A model generated the notes under the pieces. The model ran no database searches and was not told where the DNA came from. It saw only the letters and a program-made list of their open reading frames with translations. Of a DNA stretch of 64,000 nucleotides, positions 49,989 to 59,722 are shown in pieces. Both the position numbers and the translations under genes were made by a program. The stretch is taken from positions 32,001-96,000 of the forward strand of contig JARVJZ010000002.1 of the NCBI GenBank assembly GCA_029775855.1, written 5' to 3'. The DNA comes from Nitrososphaeria archaeon (lineage in GTDB: Archaea > Thermoproteota > Nitrososphaeria > Nitrososphaerales > JAAOZN01). Every line of letters starts with the position of its first letter. The first letter of the stretch is position 1.

Positions 49989-50780
49989 ATGAGTGAAGAA
50001 GCTGAGATAGGAATAATCGGAGGCACAGGCGTCTACGACCCAGATATACTTGAAGAAGTTAGAGAAGTCAAAGTTTACACACCATACGGCCCTACATCAG
50101 ACCTAGTAACCTTAGGCACATACAAAGGTAGGAAAATAGCTTTCATACCACGACACGGCAAAGGTCATCGAATCCCACCACACCTAATAAACTACAGAGC
50201 TAACATCTGGGCTCTAAAAAGCCTAGGAGTAAAACGCATAATAGCACCCTCAGCCATAGGAAGCCTAAGAGAGCATATAGAGCCTGGGGACATAGTCATA
50301 CCAGACCAATTCATAGACCGAACCAAATCTAGACCAAGCACATTCTACGAAGGTCAGAGAATATGCCACATATCAACAGCAGACCCCTTCTGCCCAGAGC
50401 TAAGAAAAATCGCGGCTGAATCAGCAAAGAAACTCGGTTTCAAAGTGCACGAAAGTGGAACATATGTATGCATAGAAGGGCCGCGATTCTCAACAAGAGC
50501 CGAATCCAAAATGTTTAGAGCTTGGGGCGCTGATATCATAGGTATGACACTAGTACCTGAATGTGTTTTAGCGAGAGAGGCAGAGATCTGCTATGTTACT
50601 CTTGCAACTGTGACAGATTACGATGTCTGGGCAGATAAACCCGTTTCTGGAGCGGAAGTTATTGAGACGCTGCTTAAGAACATAGGTAAGGTTAAAAGTA
50701 TTCTTCTCGATATGATACCTACAATACCAGCCGAGCGCACCTGTCTCTGCAAAGACGCGCTTAAGGAGGCACTATATTAG
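49989..50780 (+). CDS. mtnP: S-methyl-5'-thioadenosine phosphorylase
   Basis: IGGTG, RHG..H, NYRANIWAL, EGPRFSTRAES and VTDYD motifs. Confidence 0.93.
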   Translation: MSEEAEIGIIGGTGVYDPDILEEVREVKVYTPYGPTSDLVTLGTYKGRKIAFIPRHGKGHRIPPHLINYRANIWALKSLGVKRIIAPSAIGSLREHIEPGDIVIPDQFIDRTKSRPSTFYEGQRICHISTADPFCPELRKIAAESAKKLGFKVHESGTYVCIEGPRFSTRAESKMFRAWGADIIGMTLVPECVLAREAEICYVTLATVTDYDVWADKPVSGAEVIETLLKNIGKVKSILLDMIPTIPAERTCLCKDALKEALY

Positions 50781-50920
50781 GTTCTTTGTTGTTGTGATTC
50801 GCACTATTTTATTAGCTTAAATCTCGAAAATTAAAAAAAGATGTGAGGATTGCGGCGTTAGATTACCACTTTCGATAGTATATAACTGCGTTATATTTAA
50901 ATAGTTCACAAACTAATCCT

Positions 50921-51154
50921 ATGGTGATGCAAAATATCTACCAAAAAGAAAACATACACCAAGACGTTAAAAACAGAGACCAACCCATTATCCTTAATGA
51001 TAAAGGAGTATTTGGAGTATGCAGCTGTGGTGGCGATGTCATGTTTTACTCTAACAGAGGTGTTCTATGCACGAAATGTGGCAAACTCTACGGCATATGG
51101 CAGTATAGAAGAGGCAGAAAGAAGAATCCTTATAGGCTGCTGGAACAAGCTTAA
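50921..51154 (+). CDS. Small zinc-ribbon protein
   Basis: CSCGG...CTKCGK; upstream TATA-like tatttaaa. Confidence 0.6.
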   Translation: MVMQNIYQKENIHQDVKNRDQPIILNDKGVFGVCSCGGDVMFYSNRGVLCTKCGKLYGIWQYRRGRKKNPYRLLEQA

Positions 51155-51204
51155 ACTTAACCTCAACCATTAACGTTGCGGCGATGGCCTAGGAGTGTTA
51201 ATCC

Positions 51205-51537
51205 TTGTTAGTAGTAGATGCTGATAAAGTTAAGGAAGAAGATGTGCTGATGGAAGAAGCCAAAGGGACTACCATTCAGATCTTAATAAATAGACCGCCA
51301 GCGCCAAACTTCATAATGCGGAGATTCAGGATAAAACCCAACGGATATACTCCTTTACATTCACATGACTTTGAACACGAAGTATATGTTCTTCAAGGGG
51401 TAGGTGAAGTTTTGAACAACAAGCACCGTTATGCGATCAAATCAGGGTCGGTGATCTACATACCCCCCAATGAGGTTCACCAGTTTAGAAATGTAGGTGA
51501 AGAAGACTTAGTCTTTCTTTGCATAATTCCAGCTTAA
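51205..51537 (+). CDS. Cupin domain protein
   Basis: PLHSHDFEHEVYVLQG and IPPNEVHQFRN motifs. Confidence 0.9.
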   Translation: MLVVDADKVKEEDVLMEEAKGTTIQILINRPPAPNFIMRRFRIKPNGYTPLHSHDFEHEVYVLQGVGEVLNNKHRYAIKSGSVIYIPPNEVHQFRNVGEEDLVFLCIIPA

Positions 51538-51914
51538 ATCAACTTGAAACGCACACATGCACCCTCTCTATCGAAGACACCAATATCTTCTTCAGATCTA
51601 TATGGGTAAGTAGCTATCACCATAAGTCTGCCATAGAAGTTGTTCAAATCTTCTATCGATGGTTTAAGCACACCATTAGGATGGGAGTGAGCTAAACCGA
51701 CTATAGAGAGGTCTAGAGGTAAGGCATACGGTGAAAAAGAAGAGAATCCCTCCCCTTGTATCGAGTTAGGTGGTAGAATTAATTGTTCTACGTATATTGC
51801 ATCTTTCTTAACCCTCCCACGAAGCAGAAGAATACCTTCCATTGGATGAAGCGCTTTAAAGTAGTCCAGCATTCCTTTTATCACATCCTCTAATAAATAG
51901 ACCATCTTAGCCAT
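51534..51914 (-). CDS. JAMM/MPN+ metalloprotease
   Basis: E...HSHP....PSIED JAMM motif. Confidence 0.88.
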   Translation of the reverse strand: MAKMVYLLEDVIKGMLDYFKALHPMEGILLLRGRVKKDAIYVEQLILPPNSIQGEGFSSFSPYALPLDLSIVGLAHSHPNGVLKPSIEDLNNFYGRLMVIATYPYRSEEDIGVFDREGACVRFKLI

Positions 51915-51965
51915 ATTTGTCGCACCAGTAACAAATTTAAGACACAAATGACTTATTATATAACT

Positions 51966-52544
51966 ATGAGCTATCAAGCAAAAGACTATAGTAGGCTACT
52001 TGGCACTCCAGGCTTCAGCGAACAGCTCCTCAAAAACCACTTTACACTCTACCAAGGCTACGTGAATAATACAAACAAACTTTCAGAGACCTTGAAGGCT
52101 ATGCTCAAGGAAGGTAAAGCAAATACACCAGAATACGCAGAGTTAAAGAGAAGATTCGGATGGGAATGGAATGGGATGAGACTACACGAATACTACTTCG
52201 ACAACATGGTAAACGGAGGAAAACCGCTTGACGCAAAATCAGAGCTTGCAAAGAAGATAAATGAAGACTTCGGAAGCTACGCTGATTGGGAGAAGGAGTT
52301 CAAAGCAACTGGTGTCGTAAGAGGAATAGGCTGGGTTGTTCTCTACTTAGACCCCGTATCAAATAAATTGTATAACTCTTGGATCAACGAGCACGACGTT
52401 GGACACCTAGCTGGATGCAAACTACTACTCGTAATGGATGTATTCGAGCATGCATTCATGATAGATTACGGATTGAAGCGAGCGGACTACATAGAAGCAT
52501 TCTTCAAAAACATAGATTGGAGTGTAGTAGCCTCAAGACTATGA
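51966..52544 (+). CDS. sod: Fe/Mn superoxide dismutase family
   Basis: HFTLYQGYV, LHEYYF and DVFEHA metal-ligand motifs. Confidence 0.9.
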   Translation: MSYQAKDYSRLLGTPGFSEQLLKNHFTLYQGYVNNTNKLSETLKAMLKEGKANTPEYAELKRRFGWEWNGMRLHEYYFDNMVNGGKPLDAKSELAKKINEDFGSYADWEKEFKATGVVRGIGWVVLYLDPVSNKLYNSWINEHDVGHLAGCKLLLVMDVFEHAFMIDYGLKRADYIEAFFKNIDWSVVASRL

Positions 52545-52550
52545 GGTTCG

Positions 52551-53165
52551 TCAGGGAGACATCATAAACCTGACGAACTCTTCTTTTGTCCTTGGCTGAA
52601 GCGTATAGTTGTTTTTACGCTCGAAGCCTATAGTTGAGTAAGGTGATTGGCCGTAATCGTGTCCAGGGTATACTTTTATGCTATCATCTAGTTTTAGTAT
52701 TTTGTTGAATAGACTTTCGTAGAGGTCTTCTGCGCTTCCACCGCTTAGGTCTGTCCTTCCACATTCGCCTACAAATAGTGTGTCTCCTGTGAATAGGTTT
52801 CCTTCGAATAGGTAGCAAGTGCCGTCTGGGGAATGTCCGGGTGTGCTTAGTGCTGTTATTTTTGAGTTGCCTAATGTTATCTGCTCTCCGTCTTTGATGA
52901 TTTTGTCGAGTTTAACTTTAGCTCCTGTCCCTCCTACTGTTATGGCGTCTGTCTTCTTCTTTATCTGTTCGTTTCCTATGCAGTGGTCGTAGTGTGTATG
53001 CGTGTTTAATATGTATTTAATTTTAAGGTTTCTTGCCTCTGCTTCTTCTAACACCTTTTCGAGGTCCCACGAGGGGTCTATAACCGCGGCTTCTTTTGTA
53101 TCCTCATCCCAGATAAGGTAAGTAAAGTTCTGCATAGAGCCTACGAGTATCTGTAGCACACCCAA
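52551..53165 (-). CDS. MBL-fold hydrolase (glyoxalase II/ETHE1-like)
   Basis: THTHYDH, TPGHS, TGDTLF..CGRTD and YPGHDY motifs. Confidence 0.9.
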   Translation of the reverse strand: MGVLQILVGSMQNFTYLIWDEDTKEAAVIDPSWDLEKVLEEAEARNLKIKYILNTHTHYDHCIGNEQIKKKTDAITVGGTGAKVKLDKIIKDGEQITLGNSKITALSTPGHSPDGTCYLFEGNLFTGDTLFVGECGRTDLSGGSAEDLYESLFNKILKLDDSIKVYPGHDYGQSPYSTIGFERKNNYTLQPRTKEEFVRFMMSP

Positions 53166-53166
53166 T

Positions 53167-53835
53167 TTACATCTCAGCCTCTGGAGGTATGCCTATTGGC
53201 GCTATAATCAATTTGCCTACAAACTTTTTGTTCTTAAACAGCCCTGGTTTGGCTTTATGGAAGGTTATTGTTAGGTCTGCTTTAACCGCTTTGCTCTGAA
53301 CTTCTCCTGTTGTGGGATCCAACCCTGATGGTATGTCAACTGAGACCTTGTATGCGTTTGAGCCGTTGATTAAGTCTATGGCTGTAGCAAAGGGTTCTCT
53401 AACTTCACCTTTTATTCCTGTGCCGAAGATAGCGTCTACTATCACGCTGCTACTGTCGAATAATTCTTTGCACCTTAGGAGCGTTTCTCGATTGTTAGCT
53501 TCAGCTGCTACGATGGAGCGTTGCATGTTTGAGATGATTTTCCAGTTTATAGCTGCTTCTTCGCCTTTTATCTCCTCTCCCTTACCCAGAAGAATCACCT
53601 TAACTTTCACGCCTCCGCTAGCTAGGTGACGGGCTGCGACAAATCCGTCTCCACCATTATTTCCAAGCCCAGCAACCACCAAAACACCTTTACTCAGATT
53701 AACAGTTGAGTCTAAGATGGCCTTGGCGACTGCACAGCCAGCGTTTTCCATTAAAAGTAGTCTTGATACACCTAAGGCAGCTGAGCGTTCCTCAACGATA
53801 CGCATCTGTTCAGGCGTTATAATATTGGTGCTCAA
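53167..53835 (-). CDS. nnrE: NAD(P)H-hydrate epimerase (YjeF N-terminal)
   Basis: LMENAG, GNNGGDG, DAIFGTG and DIPSG motifs. TTG start at 53835 follows an SD-like GGTGA. Confidence 0.92.
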   Translation of the reverse strand: MSTNIITPEQMRIVEERSAALGVSRLLLMENAGCAVAKAILDSTVNLSKGVLVVAGLGNNGGDGFVAARHLASGGVKVKVILLGKGEEIKGEEAAINWKIISNMQRSIVAAEANNRETLLRCKELFDSSSVIVDAIFGTGIKGEVREPFATAIDLINGSNAYKVSVDIPSGLDPTTGEVQSKAVKADLTITFHKAKPGLFKNKKFVGKLIIAPIGIPPEAEM

Positions 53836-53854
53836 TATACATTCACCTACTTTT

Positions 53855-53940
53855 AGGTCAGATCGTCGCGAGTTCTTCAACGTTCAGAGATTAGGGGTTG
53901 TCTCTGAACTCAGTCTGGAGCGGCGATCACTTCATCCCAC
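53855..53940 (-). ncRNA. C/D box guide sRNA
   Basis: C box GGGATGA (53938-53932), D' CTGA (53913-53910), 9-bp hairpin spacer, C' TTGAAGA (53880-53874) and D CTGA (53861-53858). Guides are complementary to conserved 23S segments. Confidence 0.8.
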
Positions 53941-54804
53941 TTGTTTTTGACCGCTGCTCTTATAAAGGTTGATGTTGAAGATTTTTTGTAGGATTTTTTG
54001 GCTGTGGTTTTCAGCGACTACTTGTATATTGTGGTAAGTGTCTTCGCTGAAATGTTGTGTCGCCTCATCTACTATTTCTATCATCTTCTGCTGGTATTCG
54101 TGTAGAGGATATAGACAGTCCTCGAGTTTTTTGCGTAAATGTATGTTCTTTTGGTTTAAGAGCGGTTTTATACAGAAGGGCACTTTTAGATTAGCTGTTA
54201 GGAAGAGAGCTTTTGCAGAAGGGTTATGCTCCACTATCTTCCAGAGGCTTATGTCCAAGCCTTCGTCTAGTAGATGTTCAGCATACTTCAGTTGATCCTC
54301 TTTGAAGTTGTGTTCATAGAGAAGTTTGGTTGCTTCATAGTCTTTTACTGCTATTGAAGTTAGGTAGGTTAAGTCGAGCAGATATTCTTCAGGTAGTTTA
54401 AGGCATCTTTTTAGCTTTTGATACGCTGGGGGAAGTGGTATGACATAGTAGCGGAGCTCGCCGTGCAACACGGTGTGAGCTACCTCGTGTCTTATGCAAG
54501 CATCGACTAAGATAGAGGTTAGGGTGCTGAGCTTCTCTATGCTGATAATTATGCTCGGTAAGCCTGTCCAAGCGTGGTGGTATGCGTAAAATTCTTCGTC
54601 GTAACCACTTGATTTTACACCCGCAGCTTGGGCTTGTGAGGATAGGAAGGCTAATGCTTCGCTGCTTCTCTGGAAGATGTTCACTTCAACCGCTTCTAGG
54701 TTGGTGGGTTGAAGAGTTCCATAGCATTCTTTGATAACTTTTACTATATGTTCAACATCGTCTTGAGGAACACCTTTAGATCTTACGAATAGTTTAGGGA
54801 TCAT
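53932..54804 (-). CDS. Hypothetical protein with HEXXH zincin-like motif
   Basis: IRHEVAHTVLHG and a downstream D.E. Confidence 0.7.
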   Translation of the reverse strand: MIPKLFVRSKGVPQDDVEHIVKVIKECYGTLQPTNLEAVEVNIFQRSSEALAFLSSQAQAAGVKSSGYDEEFYAYHHAWTGLPSIIISIEKLSTLTSILVDACIRHEVAHTVLHGELRYYVIPLPPAYQKLKRCLKLPEEYLLDLTYLTSIAVKDYEATKLLYEHNFKEDQLKYAEHLLDEGLDISLWKIVEHNPSAKALFLTANLKVPFCIKPLLNQKNIHLRKKLEDCLYPLHEYQQKMIEIVDEATQHFSEDTYHNIQVVAENHSQKILQKIFNINLYKSSGQKQVG

Positions 54805-55877
54805 CTTATCACTTTATGTGGCTCGCCGACTATTGGTATGCTTTCTCCACAGTTAGGGCACTTCTTAGATGGGGTTATAAAATAGCGTGTTACCGTGAAA
54901 CCGTATCGCTCTATCAAAAGGGTTTTACAGGTTGGGCAGTGAGTGTTTTCATACTCGTGTCCAGCTACATTTCCTATGTAGACAAAGTTTAAACCCACCT
55001 TTCTAGCTTCTTCTACTGCTGCTTCTAAGGTGGAGATTGGTGTTGGCGGTGTATTGAGCATCTTGTATGCTGGGTAGAATCTTGTGATGTGTAGAGGTGT
55101 ATCTTCGCCAGCACTTTCTCTAACTCTTCGAGCGATTTCCTTTACATCATCTATGTTGTCGTTTACATTAGGTATAAGCAGAAAAACAACTTCAACATGC
55201 AAACCAAGCTCCTTGGCTAAGCCTATGTTTCTCCAAATCGGTTCAGGGAAGGCGCCACAGAACCTTTTTACCACCTGTTCACTTCCCTTTATATCCACCT
55301 TTATGGCATCCATACCAGCTTCAACTAGCAAGCGTAGGGCTTCTGCGCTCATATACCCATTACTTACATAGTGGCAGTATAGTCCACGCTTCTTAGCGAG
55401 GGGGAAGACATCAAGAGCATATTCGAAGAATAGAGTCGGCTCATTAAATGAGAAGGATATTCCTTGACAACCCTCTTCCTCGGCTAACTTAACGAGAGCC
55501 TTGGGCTCTATGATCTCATCTGTTTGCTTAGGCTTCTTCTTGCTGATGCTGTAGTTCTGGCACCATGGGCAAGTGAAATTGCAGCTCCATGTGCCTATCG
55601 TTAACGCTTTACTGCCAGGCCAGTAGTGGTAGAAGGGTTTCTTCTCAATGGGGTTTATTGATATTGATGATATTGAGCCGTATGTTATTGTGTAGAGCTT
55701 ACCGGCTATATTGTATTTGGTTCCGCAGAAGCCTTTTCCTCCGTCTGGTATTAGGCATCTTCTCTCACAAGTGCAACACCTTACTTTGCTCTCACCTATT
55801 TTTTCAAATAGATGCGTTTCCTTTACGCTTGCCTTTCTTAAATTATCTGCCAGCAGTGATGTTGTCTTATTTAACAA
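54801..55877 (-). CDS. amrS: AmmeMemoRadiSam system radical SAM enzyme (PflA-like)
   Basis: CERRC...GFCG, PIEKKPFYH, CNFTCPWCQN, NEPT, RFYP.Y, YIGNV and C-terminal CP.C motifs. Confidence 0.88.
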   Translation of the reverse strand: MLNKTTSLLADNLRKASVKETHLFEKIGESKVRCCTCERRCLIPDGGKGFCGTKYNIAGKLYTITYGSISSISINPIEKKPFYHYWPGSKALTIGTWSCNFTCPWCQNYSISKKKPKQTDEIIEPKALVKLAEEEGCQGISFSFNEPTLFFEYALDVFPLAKKRGLYCHYVSNGYMSAEALRLLVEAGMDAIKVDIKGSEQVVKRFCGAFPEPIWRNIGLAKELGLHVEVVFLLIPNVNDNIDDVKEIARRVRESAGEDTPLHITRFYPAYKMLNTPPTPISTLEAAVEEARKVGLNFVYIGNVAGHEYENTHCPTCKTLLIERYGFTVTRYFITPSKKCPNCGESIPIVGEPHKVIR

Positions 55878-55885
55878 GTTGCGTT

Positions 55886-56335
55886 CTAACCTTTTCTACT
55901 ACTTATTTTCAACCACCATTCAGGCACTCTTATGTCTGCTTTAACATCATAGAAGTCATAGGGTTTTATATCTAAGATCGGAGAGCCGTCATAAGCATCA
56001 AGCCCCTTAACCTTTAAAATATTGCCGCTTCTCTCAACAAGCTGCACTACACTTACACCTATTGGATTGGGTCTAGCTTTGCCTCTTGTGGCTAAGACAC
56101 CAACCAAAGGTATATCCTCTCTTCCTCTGGGATGCGTCTTTAGGATAGTGCGAAGTTGATTATCGAGCTTATGCATCCAGAAGATTACGATTATATGTGA
56201 ATATTCTTCAATACCATCTAGAGCTTCTGTATATTTAGGGTTAAGTTCGAGCAATGCATACCCCTCGTTTCTCTCACCTCTATCTTCGTCAAAATCTGAT
56301 CTTACGAAGCCTAAAGGATCTATACTAATCATCAA
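55886..56335 (-). CDS. tsaA: tRNA m6t6A37 methyltransferase TsaA/TrmO family
   Basis: SHIIVIFWMH, GVLATR...RPNPIG and GLDAYDGSPILDIKPY motifs. Confidence 0.9.
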   Translation of the reverse strand: MMISIDPLGFVRSDFDEDRGERNEGYALLELNPKYTEALDGIEEYSHIIVIFWMHKLDNQLRTILKTHPRGREDIPLVGVLATRGKARPNPIGVSVVQLVERSGNILKVKGLDAYDGSPILDIKPYDFYDVKADIRVPEWWLKISSRKG

Positions 56336-56408
56336 TTAGCTTGATTGTATTCTATCTACTTAACTGTAACCCTAAAGGCTTTAGGCAAGCATAGCGTATA
56401 AAATACTT

Positions 56409-56984
56409 GTGGAAAGAGCAAACTCGCTACCGATAGGGCAACGCTATATTAACCGATTTATAATATATTCAGCGTTAGGCACACCCTATGTAGACCTTCA
56501 AAAGTGGAGACTTACTATCGATGGAGAAGTTGAACAAACCCTAACTCTAACATACAAAGAGCTGCTTTCACAACAAAGCTGGTGCGAAGTTATAAGAGAC
56601 TTTCACTGCGTCACCAAGTGGAGCGTGCCTTCGGTTAAATTCGAAGGTGTTAAGCTTAAAACTTTAATCGCAAAGGCCAGACCTAAACCCGCTGCTAAGT
56701 ATGTGTTATTCGGCTGCTTAGACGGCTACACCACTGTTGTGCCTATTGAAGACGCTCTTTCAGATGCTGCTCTTATAGCGCTGAAGATAGATGGGCAGCC
56801 TCTTAGAATAGAGCAAGGCTTTCCCGCAAGACCATTTATACCGCATTTATATGCTTGGAAAAGCGCCAAGTGGCTTCACCTTATAAGGATTCTTAGAGAA
56901 TATGTCGATGGCTATTGGGAGGCCAGAGGTTATCACGAAAGGGGAAATGTGTGGAGTGAAGAAAGGTTCAAAAAAGAAATATAG
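56409..56984 (+). CDS. Sulfite-oxidase-like molybdopterin oxidoreductase (YuiH-like)
   Basis: DFHCVTKWS, GFPAR, YAWKSAKW and GYWEARGYH motifs. Confidence 0.9.
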   Translation: MERANSLPIGQRYINRFIIYSALGTPYVDLQKWRLTIDGEVEQTLTLTYKELLSQQSWCEVIRDFHCVTKWSVPSVKFEGVKLKTLIAKARPKPAAKYVLFGCLDGYTTVVPIEDALSDAALIALKIDGQPLRIEQGFPARPFIPHLYAWKSAKWLHLIRILREYVDGYWEARGYHERGNVWSEERFKKEI

Positions 56985-57022
56985 ATAAGATAGATCTACT
57001 ATATAGACAAATAGATTGAAGA

Positions 57023-58018
57023 TTGGAACTTAGAAGAGCACAAGAGATGGGCGGTGGAACACTTCTAGTATCTCTACCAAAAGACTGGGTTCGAAAAAAT
57101 AACATAACCAGAGGAAGCCTACTCGCATTAGAAGCAACTCCGGGAGGAGGGCTCATAATCTTTCCAGCTTCCGAGTCTGAAAAGAAACCTAAGGAGATCC
57201 TTCTAACCTACCCCGCTCAATATATGAGGAGGTTGATAAATCTAATAACAGGTTCATACCTCCTCGGCTTCGACATAATAAAGATTGTAAGTAGAGAAAG
57301 GATACCTTATGAAGATGCACAAGCCATGAAGAAGGCTATACGCCAACTCGTAGGGTTAGAGATAGTTGAAGAAGACACAAAGTCTATAACGGCGCAGTTT
57401 CTCCTTGAAACAACAGCTTTAGACCCTGAGAAGATCTTCAGACGGATGCATCTCATCACCATGGGTATGTTACCCGATGCTGTTCAAGCTTTGATGCAAG
57501 GAGATACGCTTCTAAAGAGATCTGTTTCTGAGAGAGATGATGAGGTTGACCGCCTCTACTTTTTACTCGTCAGAGTGGTCAGAACGGCTGCGATGGATAA
57601 CAAGCTAGCCGCTAAACTTAAACTTTCAACTATAGACTGCTTGGACTATAGGCTCTCAGCTTACCTACTTGAAGCGATAGGGGATACTGCTGAAGATATA
57701 GCCAAGTCTTCGATAGTCTCCATTGTAAACACTTTAGGTTCTACTGAAAAGGAAGCAACTTCAAATATCTTAAAAATACTCGGCATGATGCAGGAATCTG
57801 CTGTCAGAGCTTTTCTATCTAAAAATTCTGAGGAGGGTAGGCACGTAGTGCAGCTATATGAAGATGTGGTAGAGGAAATAGCTAAGCTTGAGAGCTCTAT
57901 AGGAAGTAACGAGAATGCTTCGGCAATCTCACGGGTATCATCCAGCTTTTCAAGAATAGCACGGTATGATGTTGATATAGCTGACTTAGCATACCCTATG
58001 TATCCTTTAGTCAAGTAA
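57023..58018 (+). CDS. AbrB-PhoU family phosphate uptake regulator
   Basis: RRAQEMGGGTLLVSLPKDW (AbrB), GLEIVEE and RDDEVDRLY motifs. Confidence 0.9.
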   Translation: MELRRAQEMGGGTLLVSLPKDWVRKNNITRGSLLALEATPGGGLIIFPASESEKKPKEILLTYPAQYMRRLINLITGSYLLGFDIIKIVSRERIPYEDAQAMKKAIRQLVGLEIVEEDTKSITAQFLLETTALDPEKIFRRMHLITMGMLPDAVQALMQGDTLLKRSVSERDDEVDRLYFLLVRVVRTAAMDNKLAAKLKLSTIDCLDYRLSAYLLEAIGDTAEDIAKSSIVSIVNTLGSTEKEATSNILKILGMMQESAVRAFLSKNSEEGRHVVQLYEDVVEEIAKLESSIGSNENASAISRVSSSFSRIARYDVDIADLAYPMYPLVK

Positions 58019-58055
58019 ACTAAAGACTTAATTTTATGCCAGTAAAGAGACTGGT

Positions 58056-59663
58056 GTGCCAAAGTATATCTTTGTAACAGGTGGAGTGATGTCAGGGTTA
58101 GGTAAAGGAGTCACAGCAGCCTCTGTAGCCAAGCTTCTAAAACTTTCGGGGTTAAAGGTTACGTGCATCAAGATAGATCCGTATCTTAATGTAGATGCTG
58201 GCACGATGAACCCAATCATACATGGTGAAGTTTTCGTAACAGATGACGGCGGCGAAACAGATATGGACATAGGAACATACGAACGATTTCTAGATCAAAA
58301 CCTCAGTAAGCACCATAATATAACGACAGGTCAGATATACAAGGCTGTGATAGAGGCTGAGAGGAGAGGAGACTACCTAGGCAAATGTGTGCAGATAATA
58401 CCACATGTAACAGATGAGATTAAAAAAAGGATAAAGCAGGTAGTTGAAAGCGACGGCGCTGAGATAGGTGTAGTAGAGTGTGGAGGAACAGTAGGAGACA
58501 TCGAAAGCCTACCATTCTTGGAGGCTATGAGGCAGATGAGACTTGAACTCGGCCCCTTAAACTCACTCTTCTTACACGTCACACTAGCGCCTGAGTTAGA
58601 GGCGGTAAAGGAGCAGAAGACTAAACCTACACAGCATAGCGTTCAAGAGCTGAGAAGGATAGGAATACAGCCAGATATAATTGTTGTTCGTAGCAAGAGG
58701 CCTTTAGCGCAGCAAGCAAGAGAGAAGATATCGTTATTCACTAGTGTGCCGCTTGAGGCTGTCATATCAAATCCAGATGTTGAATCTATTTACGATGTGC
58801 CTGAGGTGCTTGAGAAACAAGGGATGACTAGAGTTATCGCAAGCAGACTTAACCTAAAGATAGAGCGTAGCGATTTGAGTGAATGGATAGAGGTGGCTGA
58901 ATCGTTCAAGAAGGCTAAGAGAATGGTGAATATTGCCATGGTGGGGAAGTATGTGAGCTTAGCAGACAGCTATGTGAGCGTAAACCAAGCCCTACTACAC
59001 TCAGGCGCCAAGTTAGGTGCATCCGTCAACATAGATTGGGTAGACTCAGAACTTATCGAAAAGAGCGAGCAAGCACTTAACAATCTTAGATCCTATAATG
59101 GTATACTTATACCGGGTGGATTTGGGAAGAGGGGAGTTGAGGGGAAGATAAAGGCTGCTGGCTATGCTATCAGAGAGGGTATTCCTTATCTAGGTATATG
59201 CTTAGGTTTTCAAGTGGCAGCCATAGCAATAGCGCGCTACCTTTGTGGATTGGAGAAGGCTAATTCAACAGAATTTGACCCAGACGCAGAGCACGCTGTG
59301 ATAGACCTACTGCCTGAACAGAAGGGTGTTAAGGAAATTGGTGCTACTATGAGGTTAGGTGGGCACGATATAATGTTAAAGGAGAAGACTCTATCTTTCA
59401 AGCTGTATGGTAAGAAGATCATTAGAGAAAGGCATAGACACAGATATGAGATCAATCAACGATATAAGCCTCTATTTGAGGAGAAGAATGTAATCTTTTC
59501 TGGGTATAGCGACGAAGGTAAGAGGATTGAGATACTTGAAATAGCGAACCACCCTTTCTTTCTAGCAACACAATTCCACGCTGAGTTCACTAGTAGACCG
59601 GGCGCTCCAAACCCTGTATACTTGGGTTTCATTAAAGCTTGTATCGAAAATCCCCACAATTAG
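58056..59663 (+). CDS. pyrG: CTP synthase
   Basis: TGGVMSGLGKG, GGTVGDIE, KTKPTQ, GICLG, RHRHRYE and QFHAE motifs. Confidence 0.97.
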   Translation: MPKYIFVTGGVMSGLGKGVTAASVAKLLKLSGLKVTCIKIDPYLNVDAGTMNPIIHGEVFVTDDGGETDMDIGTYERFLDQNLSKHHNITTGQIYKAVIEAERRGDYLGKCVQIIPHVTDEIKKRIKQVVESDGAEIGVVECGGTVGDIESLPFLEAMRQMRLELGPLNSLFLHVTLAPELEAVKEQKTKPTQHSVQELRRIGIQPDIIVVRSKRPLAQQAREKISLFTSVPLEAVISNPDVESIYDVPEVLEKQGMTRVIASRLNLKIERSDLSEWIEVAESFKKAKRMVNIAMVGKYVSLADSYVSVNQALLHSGAKLGASVNIDWVDSELIEKSEQALNNLRSYNGILIPGGFGKRGVEGKIKAAGYAIREGIPYLGICLGFQVAAIAIARYLCGLEKANSTEFDPDAEHAVIDLLPEQKGVKEIGATMRLGGHDIMLKEKTLSFKLYGKKIIRERHRHRYEINQRYKPLFEEKNVIFSGYSDEGKRIEILEIANHPFFLATQFHAEFTSRPGAPNPVYLGFIKACIENPHN

Positions 59664-59722
59664 GTGCACCTTTAGCGCTTCAAATACTGTTATAAACAAC
59701 CTTTTAACAAGCATCTTATAGG

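Noticed and set aside
53836-53880. N-terminal extension of NnrE in the ORF track
   Set aside because: It overlaps the C'/D half of the sRNA; the SD-supported TTG at 53835 is more plausible.
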